A DNA stretch of 63,984 nucleotides, filler included, from a bacterium (GTDB lineage Bacteria; UBA9089; CG2-30-40-21; SBAY01): assembly GCA_040757115.1 (NCBI GenBank). It is 8 parts of 8 records of this genome, joined end to end, with 100 filler letters (N's around TTAATTAATTAA, not from the genome) between each part and the next. Parts side by side here need not be neighbours in the genome. Positions count along the whole stretch, not along the records: positions 5,247 to 10,381 come from JBFLYA010000266.1; positions 10,482 to 15,551 come from JBFLYA010000267.1; positions 15,652 to 20,714 come from JBFLYA010000268.1; positions 20,815 to 48,770 come from JBFLYA010000027.1; 4 more parts are not named here. The stretch is one strand, 5' to 3'. Shown here piece after piece: positions 10,300 through 21,126 of the stretch. Position numbers and translations under genes: made by a program. Position 1 is the first letter of the stretch. Each line of letters starts with the position of its first letter. The notes beneath the pieces are model-generated. The model ran no database searches. It saw only the letters and a list, made by a program, of their open reading frames with translations, and had not been told where the DNA came from.

Positions 10300-10491
10300 C
10301 AATTAGATTATATCATACCTAATCCATTATGTCAAAAGGATTTTGTGTCAATATTCAGAATCCCGTGTTTCAAAATTCTATNNNNNNNNNNNNNNNNNNN
10401 NNNNNNNNNNNNNNNNNNNNNNNNNTTAATTAATTAANNNNNNNNNNNNNNNNNNNNNNNNNNNNNNNNNNNNNNNNNNNNTAAAATTTTT

Positions 10492-10853
10492 CGACCTGTG
10501 AAATAGGAATATTTTGATCGTAGTTAGTATAAGAAGGGGGATAAGGGGATAAAGGGGATATGGAGATATCAGAGAAGAATATCAAGAAAATCTACTTACT
10601 GAGATAATAATTCAATGTATTATCAAGGTACACCAGACACTGGGGCCAGGTTTTCTGGAGAGTATTTACCGCTTTAAAAGCTGCAGGTGTAAAGGTGGCT
10701 ATTCTTGTAAACTTTGCTAAAGAAAAGGCAGATTTTAGAAGAGTGGAATTAGAATAATATCCCCTTATCTCCTTAATCTCCCTATCTCCTTTTCTTACAC
10801 CAAGCAGTGGAGTATAATTTTGTTTTTCCCTCGTTGACCTATTTCACAGGTCG
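10492..10853. mobile_element. MITE with CGACCTGTGAAATAGG ends and 8-bp TSD, carrying GxxExxY remnant
   Basis: 16-bp perfect IR; AAATTTTT on both flanks. Confidence 0.88.
10565..10757 (+). pseudogene. Internally deleted GxxExxY (PD-(D/E)XK) protein
   Basis: LTEIIIQCIIKVHQTLGPGFLESIYR joined out of frame to LKAAGVKVAILVNFAKEKADFRRVELE*. Confidence 0.85.
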
Positions 10854-11305
10854 AAATTTTTTGGTGTCTTAATCTAGCATAACAGGTTGAAATAGTGTAA
10901 GAAAAGGAGATATGGGGATTATGGAGATAAGGAGATAAATTCATTCTAAAATTTTGCAAATTACAATGAATAATCTCCATCTCTCCCTTTATCTCCTTAT
11001 CTCCTTTTGGACACCAAATCTGCATAGATTTCATTATTAGCGTTATTTTCAGACACCACCAAATTTTCGACCTGTACGGTTAGATTTAGGCTACGAATTT
11101 GATATCTCTATGCACCAAAGGTGCAAAGGAATTTATTAGCCCGTAGGTTTCAATCTACGGAATGGATTATTCCATAAAATCAAGCCCCGACGGGGCACAG
11201 GAAGATTACCATCTATTCAAACCAGACAGATTTGCAAGAATATTTACCAATAATCTGAATTTTTGCAAACTTGTTGTGGATGAGTATATATAGTTCATTG
11301 AATAG

Positions 11306-13402
11306 TTACGATTTAATAATATGTGGTGTGATAAATATCATTACCTCTGTTTCCTCGGTAATAGTCTTAACCTGTTTAAAGAAGAAACCAATAATAGGAA
11401 TACTTCCTAAAACAGGTATTTTGACTAATGAATTTTTTTTCTTCTTTTGAGTTAGTCCACCAATAATAATAGTTTCTCCTTCCTTGACCCTAACTTTTGT
11501 TTCTACATTCCGTTTATTAATGATAGGTAATCCTTGTGGTGTTCCTTCACCAGCAACATCACCTACTTCAGAAATAATCTTAACAGTAATTTCTCCTTTT
11601 TGGGAAATATACGGTGTAATATCAAGGATAATTCCTGATTCAATCGCTTTGAGTGTTACCGATTCATATCCTACCCTGCCACTTAATAATTGATAAAATT
11701 CTTCTCTGGACAATTTGATTTTAGCCTGTTGTCCAGTTAATGTAACTACTTTTGGATTAGCTTTAATTTCTGCCTTTCCTTCCTTAACTAACATATCGAT
11801 GAATGTAATTAGAGCCTGAGAGGTAAGGTCATTAGTAATTGTGTAGGAAATTTTTGAGGTTTTATCCGTTTCCTTTTTGAGCGTCACCGAAGAATCCTTC
11901 CATTTAAAATTCCAATTTGTGCCAATATTCCTTATTCCTTCTTTAGATATTTCTGCAATAAGGGATTCAATGACAACCTGTTGTGGTGGGATATCAATCA
12001 AAGCGATATCATTTTTAATACGCTCAATAAGGGGATCTGGGGCAGTGATAGTCACCAGATTCTTTCCCTTATTTACCTGGATAAAGGATAAAAAGGATTG
12101 CGGTATGAGGGTTAGTAAATCTTCTGCTTGCAAATAGTTCAAATTAAGAAATTCTGTTGAGGTAAGTTTAGCAAATGACGGACCAGTTGGATCAGCTAAT
12201 CCTACCAGATAGTAATTATCAAATTTACAAAACATATATCCTTTTGGAGCAAGAACCATCTCTAATGCTTTTGATAAAGGGACATCCTGGAGTTCTACCG
12301 TAATAACTCCTCGAACAGTATCATCGGGGATAATTGGTATTTTTGCCTGAGTTGATATATCTCGAAGCACTTGAGAGATATCTGTTTCAAAGAAGACATT
12401 AGTGATTAATGGTTCTTCTTTTTTCGGCTCTTCTTTGACCTGGATTTCTCCTCTTTTTACAGAAGCAGGTATTGAAGATTCAAGTGATTTAGCCTCCTTT
12501 TTTATGGTTTCTATTGTTGAGGCTCCTACTTCTTTCTCTGGCAATATCTGTTGAGGGCTAACCTGAGATTTCTTCTTTTCTACACTCTCCTCTTTTATTA
12601 CTACTTCAACTTGATTGATTCCTGAAGTAATCTGTGATACTAAGGATGGTTCCATTAACCCAATGGTTATTCTACTTATATGTGTAGGAGTAGTAAGCAA
12701 TTGGATAATGGAAATGAAAGAAATATAAGAATTTTTCTTTATCTTTTTTCTTGTGTATTCACATTTACATTCTAAAAAGTCTATAACTATTAAAGAAGGG
12801 TCTTCTGTGCGAAAATGTTTTAGAATAGGGGTATTAGAAGTTTTTATTATTACTCTTATTTGTCCTTCTTCTTCTTTGATATCAATATCTTTTATCTGAT
12901 ATAATTCCTTACTTTCCTTCTCCTTTTGTAGATATTCTTCTTGCTTTAGAGTAGGAACAGCTGTAAGGACAACTGTGTTATTAACTGACTCCACTAAGGG
13001 AATAACAGGAATTCGGAATTCTATTTCGGCAATAGTAGTAAAATCTCTTCCTTCAACGACATTAATCTTTTTTATTATGCCTTGTTCATAGAATTCTGTA
13101 TCCGACAACCAACTATTTATTGTATCCTCAAAGATTATTTTTGCTGAAAGATTATTAAAGGCACGGATAAGCGAATAATTGGCTTGTTGCTCGGTGATAA
13201 AGATAACCTTTGTTTTATTCTTCTCATCTCCTTCTTTTACATCAATATCTAAGAGTTGTGTGTGTTGTGCCCCAAAAGCTGGGCTGAATAAAAATAGATA
13301 AAATATCAACCAGAGATAGATTTTTGCTTTTTTACTTAACTGTAAGTTTTTGTTTTTTAGAGATTGGTTCTTTAGCGCCAAAATCGAGTTCCGCAACTGC
13401 AT
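11306..13402 (-). CDS. Secretin (PilQ/GspD-like) with AMIN-like N-terminal domains
   Basis: IPPQQVVIESLIAE, ANPKVVTLTGQQA, GETIIIGGL, KIPVLGSIPIIGFFF; true start uncertain. Confidence 0.9.
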   Translation of the reverse strand: MQLRNSILALKNQSLKNKNLQLSKKAKIYLWLIFYLFLFSPAFGAQHTQLLDIDVKEGDEKNKTKVIFITEQQANYSLIRAFNNLSAKIIFEDTINSWLSDTEFYEQGIIKKINVVEGRDFTTIAEIEFRIPVIPLVESVNNTVVLTAVPTLKQEEYLQKEKESKELYQIKDIDIKEEEGQIRVIIKTSNTPILKHFRTEDPSLIVIDFLECKCEYTRKKIKKNSYISFISIIQLLTTPTHISRITIGLMEPSLVSQITSGINQVEVVIKEESVEKKKSQVSPQQILPEKEVGASTIETIKKEAKSLESSIPASVKRGEIQVKEEPKKEEPLITNVFFETDISQVLRDISTQAKIPIIPDDTVRGVITVELQDVPLSKALEMVLAPKGYMFCKFDNYYLVGLADPTGPSFAKLTSTEFLNLNYLQAEDLLTLIPQSFLSFIQVNKGKNLVTITAPDPLIERIKNDIALIDIPPQQVVIESLIAEISKEGIRNIGTNWNFKWKDSSVTLKKETDKTSKISYTITNDLTSQALITFIDMLVKEGKAEIKANPKVVTLTGQQAKIKLSREEFYQLLSGRVGYESVTLKAIESGIILDITPYISQKGEITVKIISEVGDVAGEGTPQGLPIINKRNVETKVRVKEGETIIIGGLTQKKKKNSLVKIPVLGSIPIIGFFFKQVKTITEETEVMIFITPHIIKS

Positions 13403-14948
13403 AATAATTACCTCTTTTTAATTCTCCCTTATATAAAGATGAGATTATCCTTTTCTGGTTAGGTAAGAGAGGTTCTATTTCTTCCATCAACGGAATGTTA
13501 AGTATTTCTTTCCTCTTCTCTTCTTCATATATCCTTAAATTCCCTTTTGGACGGAGATGAATATTCCCTAAATTAACGAAAGTAATAGAGAAAGATAATG
13601 AATTATCTTTATTCTTCTGATAGGAGATATTTTCAATTTCAGCCTTTTTTACTGCCGTGTTAGGAATTTCTACAGTAATTGATACCTCTGAGGTAACGGT
13701 TGCTTTTTTATCTTTCGTAAGACCGGCAAAACACAACTTAGCATATTTTCCACCATTAACTTCGCGGGGAACCCGAATAGAAAAAGAAAGATTTCGTTTA
13801 TCTTTTGGAGAAAGGTTAAATTTAGATTGATTAATAGATATCCATTTAGCACAAGAATAAGGTTGGTTACCAGCAGGTAAATAGGAAATTTGGCCATCCT
13901 CGTTAACAGCATAATCTTGGGGAAAAACCTCAACCTCTAATTCCGATTGACCTTCATTACGCACTAATATAGAAAAGCTTCGCATCCCTCCAGGAGGTGA
14001 GATTAAGTCAATAAAAGATGGTTCAATCCATAGTTTTTCTTTCTTCTGTGCTTCTTTACTGACAGCAATTAATTCCTCTTCCTTCAATTCTTCAATTTTA
14101 CCCTTAGAAACTTTTATCTTCTTACTTTTGGTTTTTTCTCTCTTCCCTCCATAAACAAATTTAGTTTCTATTATATAGATTCCATCACGGATGTTAGATC
14201 GAAAATCTCCTTTAAAATCTCTAATTCCTTCTGGTAAAACAGTCCCTTTCCCTGCGGTAAGAGTAATTGGCTCTCCTCTAAGTTTATATCCTTGTTCATT
14301 CTTCAATACCGCTTCACCATTAGCAATAATATGAATATTCCCTGTATTTTTTAACGAGGCTATAATCTCATATCCTGAATAATTTTTAGAGGGCTTTAAT
14401 TGAATATCTTCTATAACTGCATTGGTAGTAAGTCCATATCCTTTAATCGTCACCAGTAAGAGTGAGGCTAATCGATAGTAGATTGGTGTAGATTTCTCTA
14501 TCTTCTCAGGAACAATTTCGACCATAATTGCAGAATATCTTCCGCCTAATTCCCCTTTGGGGACAGAAAGTTTACACATCACTTGAATGGCTTCATTCCC
14601 GCGCAGCACCTTTTCTTTTGGTAGAATAGTTAACCATTGGGTACAAGAATATTTAGAGGTACCTGGCTTAGGAAATAACACCTTTCCTTCTCTCTCTAAA
14701 ACTAAGTCTGTGGCATATAATTTTATCTGCAAATCATTCTCACCATTATTTGTCAATAATAAAGGAAATGTTTTAACTGCTCCCTGGACGGTAGATAATT
14801 CTATGATTGGTGGAGTTAAAGTAAGTTTAAGCTCTGAATTTGAAACAGCAGGAAAAGTAGATAGAGCACAAAATATACATATCCACTTTATTAACTGATA
14901 GGAATTTGTTTTTTGAGCATTTTTGATGTTACCTTCACTTTTACTCAT
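13332..14948 (-). CDS. Exported protein with two tandem chaperone-like (PapD/DUF916-like) modules
   Basis: Signal peptide; duplicated motifs YSCTQW/YSCAKW, VPKGELGGRY/VPREVNGGKY, NTGNIH/NLGNIH. Confidence 0.7.
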   Translation of the reverse strand: MSKSEGNIKNAQKTNSYQLIKWICIFCALSTFPAVSNSELKLTLTPPIIELSTVQGAVKTFPLLLTNNGENDLQIKLYATDLVLEREGKVLFPKPGTSKYSCTQWLTILPKEKVLRGNEAIQVMCKLSVPKGELGGRYSAIMVEIVPEKIEKSTPIYYRLASLLLVTIKGYGLTTNAVIEDIQLKPSKNYSGYEIIASLKNTGNIHIIANGEAVLKNEQGYKLRGEPITLTAGKGTVLPEGIRDFKGDFRSNIRDGIYIIETKFVYGGKREKTKSKKIKVSKGKIEELKEEELIAVSKEAQKKEKLWIEPSFIDLISPPGGMRSFSILVRNEGQSELEVEVFPQDYAVNEDGQISYLPAGNQPYSCAKWISINQSKFNLSPKDKRNLSFSIRVPREVNGGKYAKLCFAGLTKDKKATVTSEVSITVEIPNTAVKKAEIENISYQKNKDNSLSFSITFVNLGNIHLRPKGNLRIYEEEKRKEILNIPLMEEIEPLLPNQKRIISSLYKGELKRGNYYAVAELDFGAKEPISKKQKLTVK

Positions 14949-14996
14949 TATGGAGATATTTTACCATAGATTTTATTTCCTGTCAACAAAAAAATT

Positions 14997-15551
14997 CGAC
15001 CTGTGAAATAGGAATATTTGAGAGCGTTGCGTAGGACATAAAGTTATATCTCTGGTCCCTGGCATTGTGTTACCTCATTTCTTGCCATCTTTTTGTATTT
15101 CTTGACATTTTGGAGTCCCAAAAGACAACCCAGAGGGTCATTAACCAGTCGATATAGCAGTTATTATTCAAAACTTTACTTACAATTAAATACTCGTAAC
15201 TACTCGTAGTGAATTAACAAGTTATGCGTGAACCATTACTACACTATGTCAAATTAATGCTATAACTCTCTATATTTTTAGACAATTAGGGATGGTTTCT
15301 TTTATCGTTTTCCCTATGATTTTTGTTGGAAATTGGAAATTAGAAATTGGGCTTTTGTCTCTCTCCCTAATTTCCAATTTCTAATTTCAATCCGCAATTT
15401 TTCAAACAAAAGTGAACCGTCCCGAGAATTCTACCTCATCCTTCATTTAATGTCCCATAGGGACAACATATCGGTAGAAATAAATATCACACAAATAATG
15501 TCCCATAGGGACAATATATCGGTAAATGGCTTTCCATAAATTTTCTACTAC
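14997..15551. mobile_element. Nested MITE cluster at contig end
   Basis: CGACCTGTGAAATAGG end, TATAGCAGTTATTA element (copy of 32326), TAGGGA(T/C)GG...CCGTCCC insert (like 2266-2409), GTCCCATAGGGAC REPs. Confidence 0.75.
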
Positions 15552-15792
15552 NNNNNNNNNNNNNNNNNNNNNNNNNNNNNNNNNNNNNNNNNNNNTTAAT
15601 TAATTAANNNNNNNNNNNNNNNNNNNNNNNNNNNNNNNNNNNNNNNNNNNNATGCCCTGGAGTTACCTTATCAACCAGGGAAAACAGTCAAATCATTTTG
15701 TGGGGATTCATACTGTAGTGCCAAAACTCAACCTCTCTGCTCTGTAAGTTGTTGATAATACAAGACTTATTTTTTTAAACGGCGAACTTGGG

Positions 15793-15941
15793 TTACCGTA
15801 TTTCTCGGATAACTCTGCTATCTTGCGCAGTTGCTCTGGAGTAACATTACCTCCCAGAATTCTTACTCGAACGCTAAACAGATTCTTCTGCCGCTGGGCA
15901 ATAATTCCACCGGCTTTTACTTCTTCAAGATTTAATGCCAT
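15793..15941 (-). pseudogene. Nitrite/sulfite reductase ferredoxin-like N-terminus, truncated
   Basis: MALNLEEVKAGGIIAQRQKNLFSVRVRILGGNVTPEQLRKIAELSEKYG then an abrupt IS-like end CCCAAGTTCGCC. Confidence 0.75.
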
Positions 15942-15949
15942 CTGATATT

Positions 15950-16243
15950 CCTTCTGAAAATAAGGAAGTAGAAAGTAGAGAGTAGAAAGTAATGAAAACA
16001 TCATTCCTCACGCCTATCTCCTTACCTCCCACCTTCTATCTCCTACCACTATTTTCATCCTCCTTTCTCCTAAAAATAGCCGTGAGAATAGAACACGGAT
16101 GACACGGATTTAACGGATTTTCGCTGATTTTTTTCTCTTTTTTCTATCTTATATCTATCCGCGAATATCCGCATCATCAGCGTGCTATTATTTTTCATCG
16201 TCATTTGTGCCCACTCCCTGTGGACATGGCCGTTTCTCCTAAA
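15950..16243 (-). repeat. Two AGGAG cassettes in tandem
   Basis: ATG-TCCAC-aggga-GTGGG-CAC hairpin; cargos shared with 34260, 10160 and 63300. Confidence 0.75.
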
Positions 16244-16279
16244 AAAAGACCAAAGACCAACTTACCTACTCTCTACTTT

Positions 16280-16495
16280 CTACTCCCTACTCTCTATTCT
16301 CTTCAAGTCTTCTAACGGCTTTGTGATTTCTATATCTTTCAAATTCACACCTTCTTTTAATTCCTGAGTTGCTTTCCTGAACTCTTTTATTCCTCGACCT
16401 ATTGCCTGTCCTAATTCAGGTAATTTCTTAGGGCCAAAGATAACCATTGCTATGATGAGAATAAGTATCAATTCTGGCATCCCTATTCCAAACAT
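16280..16495 (-). CDS. tatA: Twin-arginine translocase TatA/E
   Basis: [29 protein letters not shown]. Confidence 0.95.
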   Translation of the reverse strand: MFGIGMPELILILIIAMVIFGPKKLPELGQAIGRGIKEFRKATQELKEGVNLKDIEITKPLEDLKRIESRE

Positions 16496-16535
16496 AATTA
16501 ACCCTCCTTCCTTCGGTTATAGTCTATAGTCTATA

Positions 16536-16753
16536 TAGCACTTATTAATCGAAATTTGACATAGATATGGTTCTGAAATTCCAAATCACAAATTCCAAAT
16601 TCCAAATAAATTCAAATAACCAAAATTCAAAACATTACTTCCATAGTTTGTATTTAGGACTTGAAATTTGGTGTTTATTTGAGATTTGGTGCTTGTGATT
16701 TGGGATTTTTTTTACTTATCCACTCTGAGTAAAGTTTTGACTAATAACTGCTA
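16536..16753. mobile_element. TA-flanked MITE with AAATTCC/GATTTGG heptamer arms (copy at 44416-44628)
   Basis: Ends TAGCACTTATTAATCGAAATTT / TTTGACTAATAACTGCTA shared with the second copy. Confidence 0.75.
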
Positions 16754-16772
16754 TAGTCTATGGTCTATGGTT

Positions 16773-16952
16773 CTATGTATTAGCAGTCTTTTGTTTTTCC
16801 TTTTCCTCATCACTATTAGATGATACTGATTGTTTAAATCCTTTAATCCCTTCTCCTAAGGATTTACCAAGTTGTGGTAATTTATTCACCCCAAAAATAA
16901 TGACCACAATTAGTAAGATAACTAATAATTCCGGCATACCAAGTCCAAACAT
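16773..16952 (-). CDS. tatA: Second TatA/E paralog, 59 aa (not in ORF track)
   Basis: [45 protein letters not shown] and AAGGA upstream. Confidence 0.93.
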   Translation of the reverse strand: MFGLGMPELLVILLIVVIIFGVNKLPQLGKSLGEGIKGFKQSVSSNSDEEKEKQKTANT

Positions 16953-17428
16953 TCCTTATTCACCTCCTTTATCTCATCACCTATCTTAATCATACCACCT
17001 TTTAGAACTCGGGCAAAGATTCCTTCCTTAGGCATAACGCAGTCCCCTGCCTGATAGTAGATAGCGCATCTGGTATGGCAGACCTTGCCTATTTGACTTA
17101 CCTCCAAAATGACATCATTACCTACCTGAATCTGGCTACCCACGGGTAAAGAAAGCAAATCTATACCTGAGGTAGTGATATTTTCGGCAAAATCTCCTGG
17201 GGAAACATCAAGTCCCATCTGCCGCATCTTTTCAATTGATTCTTGAGCCAAAAGGCTAACCTGGCGATGAGAGGTTGCAGTCTGTTCCTCTATGCTGAGA
17301 TTAGCATGGCCATTGGCTTTAAGCCCACACCCTGCTATTACTTCCCAGCTCCCATCTACCGGCTTCTTCCGCTGCCCCTTGTTCTTGCTGATATTAACAG
17401 ACACCACACAAGCTATCTCTTCCTCCAA
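16922..17428 (-). CDS. MOSC domain protein
   Basis: [44 protein letters not shown]. Confidence 0.92.
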   Translation of the reverse strand: MEEEIACVVSVNISKNKGQRKKPVDGSWEVIAGCGLKANGHANLSIEEQTATSHRQVSLLAQESIEKMRQMGLDVSPGDFAENITTSGIDLLSLPVGSQIQVGNDVILEVSQIGKVCHTRCAIYYQAGDCVMPKEGIFARVLKGGMIKIGDEIKEVNKECLDLVCRNY

Positions 17429-17526
17429 AAAGCGGTTATCGTCTATCGTTGATGGTTTATAGTTTATAGTGTATAGTTGATGGTTGATAGTCTATAAACT
17501 ATAAACGATAAACTATAAACGATGTT

Positions 17527-18501
17527 CTACCCACCAATTGCTACCATCTGGCGATTGCCTTTTAAATTAAAGTTGCCAGAGATAGGCTTTGATTTTATTG
17601 CCTGAATGATGATTTGCGTCAATTCATTATCACTGGCACCTTCTCGCAATGGACCCTTTAAATCAAATTCCGTTGTTTGGCCCAGGCAAACCCGCAAATG
17701 CCCATCAGGGGTTAAACGCAGGCGATTACACCTCTGACAAAAATGGTCACTTATCGACGAGATAAATCCCAGCTTGCCGCAAGCCCCCTTTATCTGGTAA
17801 TATTCTGCAGGACCGTTACCTGCTTCTACCTTAGCGGGAACAAGGTGGAAGTATCTTGCCAGTCTTTCTTTTACTACCCAGTTAGGCAGATACTCCCTCT
17901 GCCATTCAAGCTTGTCTTGCCTGCCAATAGGCATAAACTCGATAAATCTAACCTCAAGTGCTCTATCCAGGGTTAGCCAGGCAAAATCCTCTACCTCATC
18001 AGCATTTATCCCATTCATTACTACCATATTTACCTTTACTGGTTTTAAGTTGGCTCTTAATGCCGCATCAATCCCGGATAAAACAGCCTTAAGATTACCG
18101 CCTCCGGTAATTAGGGTATAACGCTGTTCATCTAAGGAATCCAGGCTGATATTAACCCTCTTGAGACCTGCCTGTTTCAATAAGGGGGCAGATTGGGCTA
18201 AGAGTGTCCCGTTGGTGGTTAATGCTAAATCCTCTAACCCTTCAATCCGGAATAGTTTTTCAATCAAATGGTTAACATCCCGTTTAATCAAGGGCTCACC
18301 ACCGGTAATCCGTATCTTTTTTACCCCCAGCCGCACCATTAAAGAGGCAATCCGCACAATCTCTTCATACCTTAAAACCTCAAAATGGCTCTTCTTACCA
18401 ATCTCTTCAAAAGGACGGCAATAAAGACACCTGAGGTTACACATATCCGTAATCGAAAGTCGTAAATAATCAATCTGGCGATGATAATTATCTATGAGCA
18501 T
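17527..18501 (-). CDS. moaA: GTP 3',8-cyclase
   Basis: CNLRCLYC radical SAM motif, FCQRCNRLR, C-terminal IGG. Confidence 0.97.
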   Translation of the reverse strand: MLIDNYHRQIDYLRLSITDMCNLRCLYCRPFEEIGKKSHFEVLRYEEIVRIASLMVRLGVKKIRITGGEPLIKRDVNHLIEKLFRIEGLEDLALTTNGTLLAQSAPLLKQAGLKRVNISLDSLDEQRYTLITGGGNLKAVLSGIDAALRANLKPVKVNMVVMNGINADEVEDFAWLTLDRALEVRFIEFMPIGRQDKLEWQREYLPNWVVKERLARYFHLVPAKVEAGNGPAEYYQIKGACGKLGFISSISDHFCQRCNRLRLTPDGHLRVCLGQTTEFDLKGPLREGASDNELTQIIIQAIKSKPISGNFNLKGNRQMVAIGG

Positions 18502-18516
18502 AAAACCTCTTCACTA

Positions 18517-19694
18517 TCAAGACCTGCCAATCACAAGTTGTGAATAGCGCCTAATCCATTCCAAAATCATTCCAAAACCACAGGCAATGGCTAAGTTATT
18601 GGTAAAGACAGCAATTATTCCAATTAGACAGGCTAATAGAAATCCCTTTTCTCCGATTAAGTCGCTAATCAAGAGACAATGTTTTAAACCTACATACATT
18701 ACCATTATACCAAGAATAGCTGGAGAAATCAACTTAAATATTTCACCCATTCCTTTGCCGAAGAAGAAAGCCAATCCTATATAAATGCTACCGATGATGA
18801 TGCAGGCTATCCCTGTGCGTGCTCCGAAGCTATAATGGGCAGTTAAACCACCTGAACCATGACAAATAGGCATTCCCCCAGACAACCTATGACCATATTA
18901 GCGGTGCCTAATCCAAGACACAAAGAGGTTTCAGTAACTCGCCTGGCTTGCTGACCAAAGTATTTTCTAGCTACATCTGTTGTAGAAATAATTGAATTGC
19001 CTAATGTTAAAGGTAATTGTGGAATGACTAAAAGAAAAAAGGCGTTAATAAAATCGTCAATCTTAGGAATAGATAGACTGAATTCTGGCATATTAAACAT
19101 TTGGATGGCAGAATGCTCCATTCCTCTGGTTAACAAATTTAGCCCTATTCCCCAGATTAATATGGCAATTGTAGCAGGAAACCCTTTATTCCAGAGAAAA
19201 ATAGATATAATCACTAATCCCCCAAAAATCATCAGCAGTTGGAAAGGTATTCCTCCTGATAAACCACAACTACCCTCGGAGATGATTGATTTAGTAATCA
19301 TCTTCCAACTTGTATTTACTAACATCAACCCTATTCCTAACTGTATTCCTTTTATTATTGGCGGGCTAAACAGACAAGTCAAAAGTCTGGTTAATCCAGT
19401 TATTGCCAGTAACAATAAGATTATCCCCATTAATATCCCTGCGGCATAAATTAATGAAGGGCTGAGACTATTAGCAATAGCAATAGCCGCTAAGGCTTTT
19501 AAGGGTTGAACAGGCATCGGTAGTTTATAATAAAAACCAGCAATTATATATACCAATCCAACCATCAATAAACTCACTGTGGCATTCAATCCATTTATAG
19601 CGATAAGAGATACATAGATTGGGAGGAGTGTGGGAATATCTCCTAAGGCACCAGATAATTCAGTTAAGAATGTTTTTTTATTATTTTCTTTCAT
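18517..19694 (-). pseudogene. MOT1-type molybdate/sulfate transporter with one frameshift
   Basis: ELSGALGD, PMPVQPLKA, PQLPLTLGNS; conserved GGMPICHGSGG split at a G5 run near 18875. Confidence 0.8.
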
Positions 19695-19748
19695 TATATC
19701 TCCTGAAAATGGGCTGTCTGACCTGTCGGACAATCCCCTATGTTTTCC

Positions 19749-20591
19749 TCAATCCAGCAAATATGCCTCAACCTCTATTCCTTGTTTCAACTCCGTTACC
19801 TCTTCAGGCACTACCACTAAAGCATTGGCTAAGACGAGAAATTTCAATATCCCGGAACCCTGCGGTCCGGTTGGGAAGGCTTGATAATGATTATCTTTCC
19901 TCTCTATTCGGACCCGCAAAAAGAATTTTCTACCTGGTTTTTTTCTGAAGTCCTGCATCAATTCTGCCTTGACCACTGTTCGATAAATATCTTTATGCCC
20001 CATCATCTTAAGCAAGGCAGGTCGAACAAAGATCTCAAAGCAAATTATGGCAGAAACAGGGTTACCTGGTAAGCCAAAAATAGGTTTAGTATTATGCAAG
20101 GCAAAGGTAATGGGTTTGCCAGGCTTTATAGCAACCTTAGTAAATTGGACCTCTGCACCTATATCTTCAAGCACCTTCCCTACTAAATCATAGTCCCCCA
20201 TAGAGACTCCGCCGGAGAGAATGACAACATCAGATAATACTAATGCGTTAAGTATAGCCTCTTTTATCCTCTGGCTATTATCCGGAACAATCCCCAGTTG
20301 CACAGGTTTTGCCCCCACCTGCCTTACCTGAGCCTCTAAGGCATAGCCATTGCTATTTCTCTTTTTGCTCCAGGTTAGTTCCTCATCTAAATCTATCAAT
20401 TCATCGCCTGTAGAAATTACACTTACATAAACCTGTCGGATAACATCTATTTCTTTGCTACCCAGAGCTGACAGCATACCTATCTCTTGAGGTCGAATAA
20501 CGCTATCTTTTTTTAATTACCAGCTCTCCTTGAATTACATCCTCACCCTTTAACCTAACATTTTCACCCTTCTCAACAGGGTAAAATATTT
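19749..20591 (-). pseudogene. moeA: Molybdopterin molybdotransferase, 5'-truncated and frameshifted
   Basis: STGDEL, SGGVSMGDYD, KPGKP, GLPGNP; upstream ENVRLKGEDV lies in another frame (A7 run near 20510) and stops at an element end at 20592. Confidence 0.85.
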
Positions 20592-20714
20592 CGACCTGTG
20601 AAATAGGTCTATCCTTTTTATTTATGCAGCCTTTTTTAGCTCAAAGAGTATCTGCCTCTTCTTAATCCAATTATCTTGTTCATTGTTTTGGTGCAAGGTA
20701 ATAACTGAAGCCAA
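20592..20714 (-). mobile_element. IS right end with probable transposase C-terminus
   Basis: LASVITLHQNNEQDNWIKKRQILFELKKAA* followed by CCTATTTCACAGGTCG IR. Confidence 0.6.
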
Positions 20715-20814
20715 NNNNNNNNNNNNNNNNNNNNNNNNNNNNNNNNNNNNNNNNNNNNTTAATTAATTAANNNNNNNNNNNNNNNNNNNNNNNNNNNNNN
20801 NNNNNNNNNNNNNN

Positions 20815-21082
20815 AAAGGAGGCATTTGAAATAGCCAATACAGCGGGGATGAGTGAAAAGGAGTTAGAAATTCAATATAAGCGGCACGATTTTATCCGAA
20901 TGCAAAGAGGTGCGATAGAGTTTGCCTTAAAACAAGGGTTACAACAAGGAATACAACAGGGAATACAACAAGGTAAAATAGAAGTAGCGAAAAGTCTTTT
21001 GAAATTAGGGGAGAAAGTTGAAAAAATATCCCAGGCAACGGGATTAACAATCGAGGAAATTAAGGGTATTAATTTATACTGA
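20815..21082 (+). CDS. Rpn/PD-(D/E)XK family C-terminus (partial)
   Basis: QGLQQGIQQGIQQGKIEVAKSLL...ISQATGLTIEEI. Confidence 0.85.
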
Positions 21083-21126
21083 AAGACATTAAAGTGTCCC
21101 ACGATTTGCGATGATTACCTGAATAT

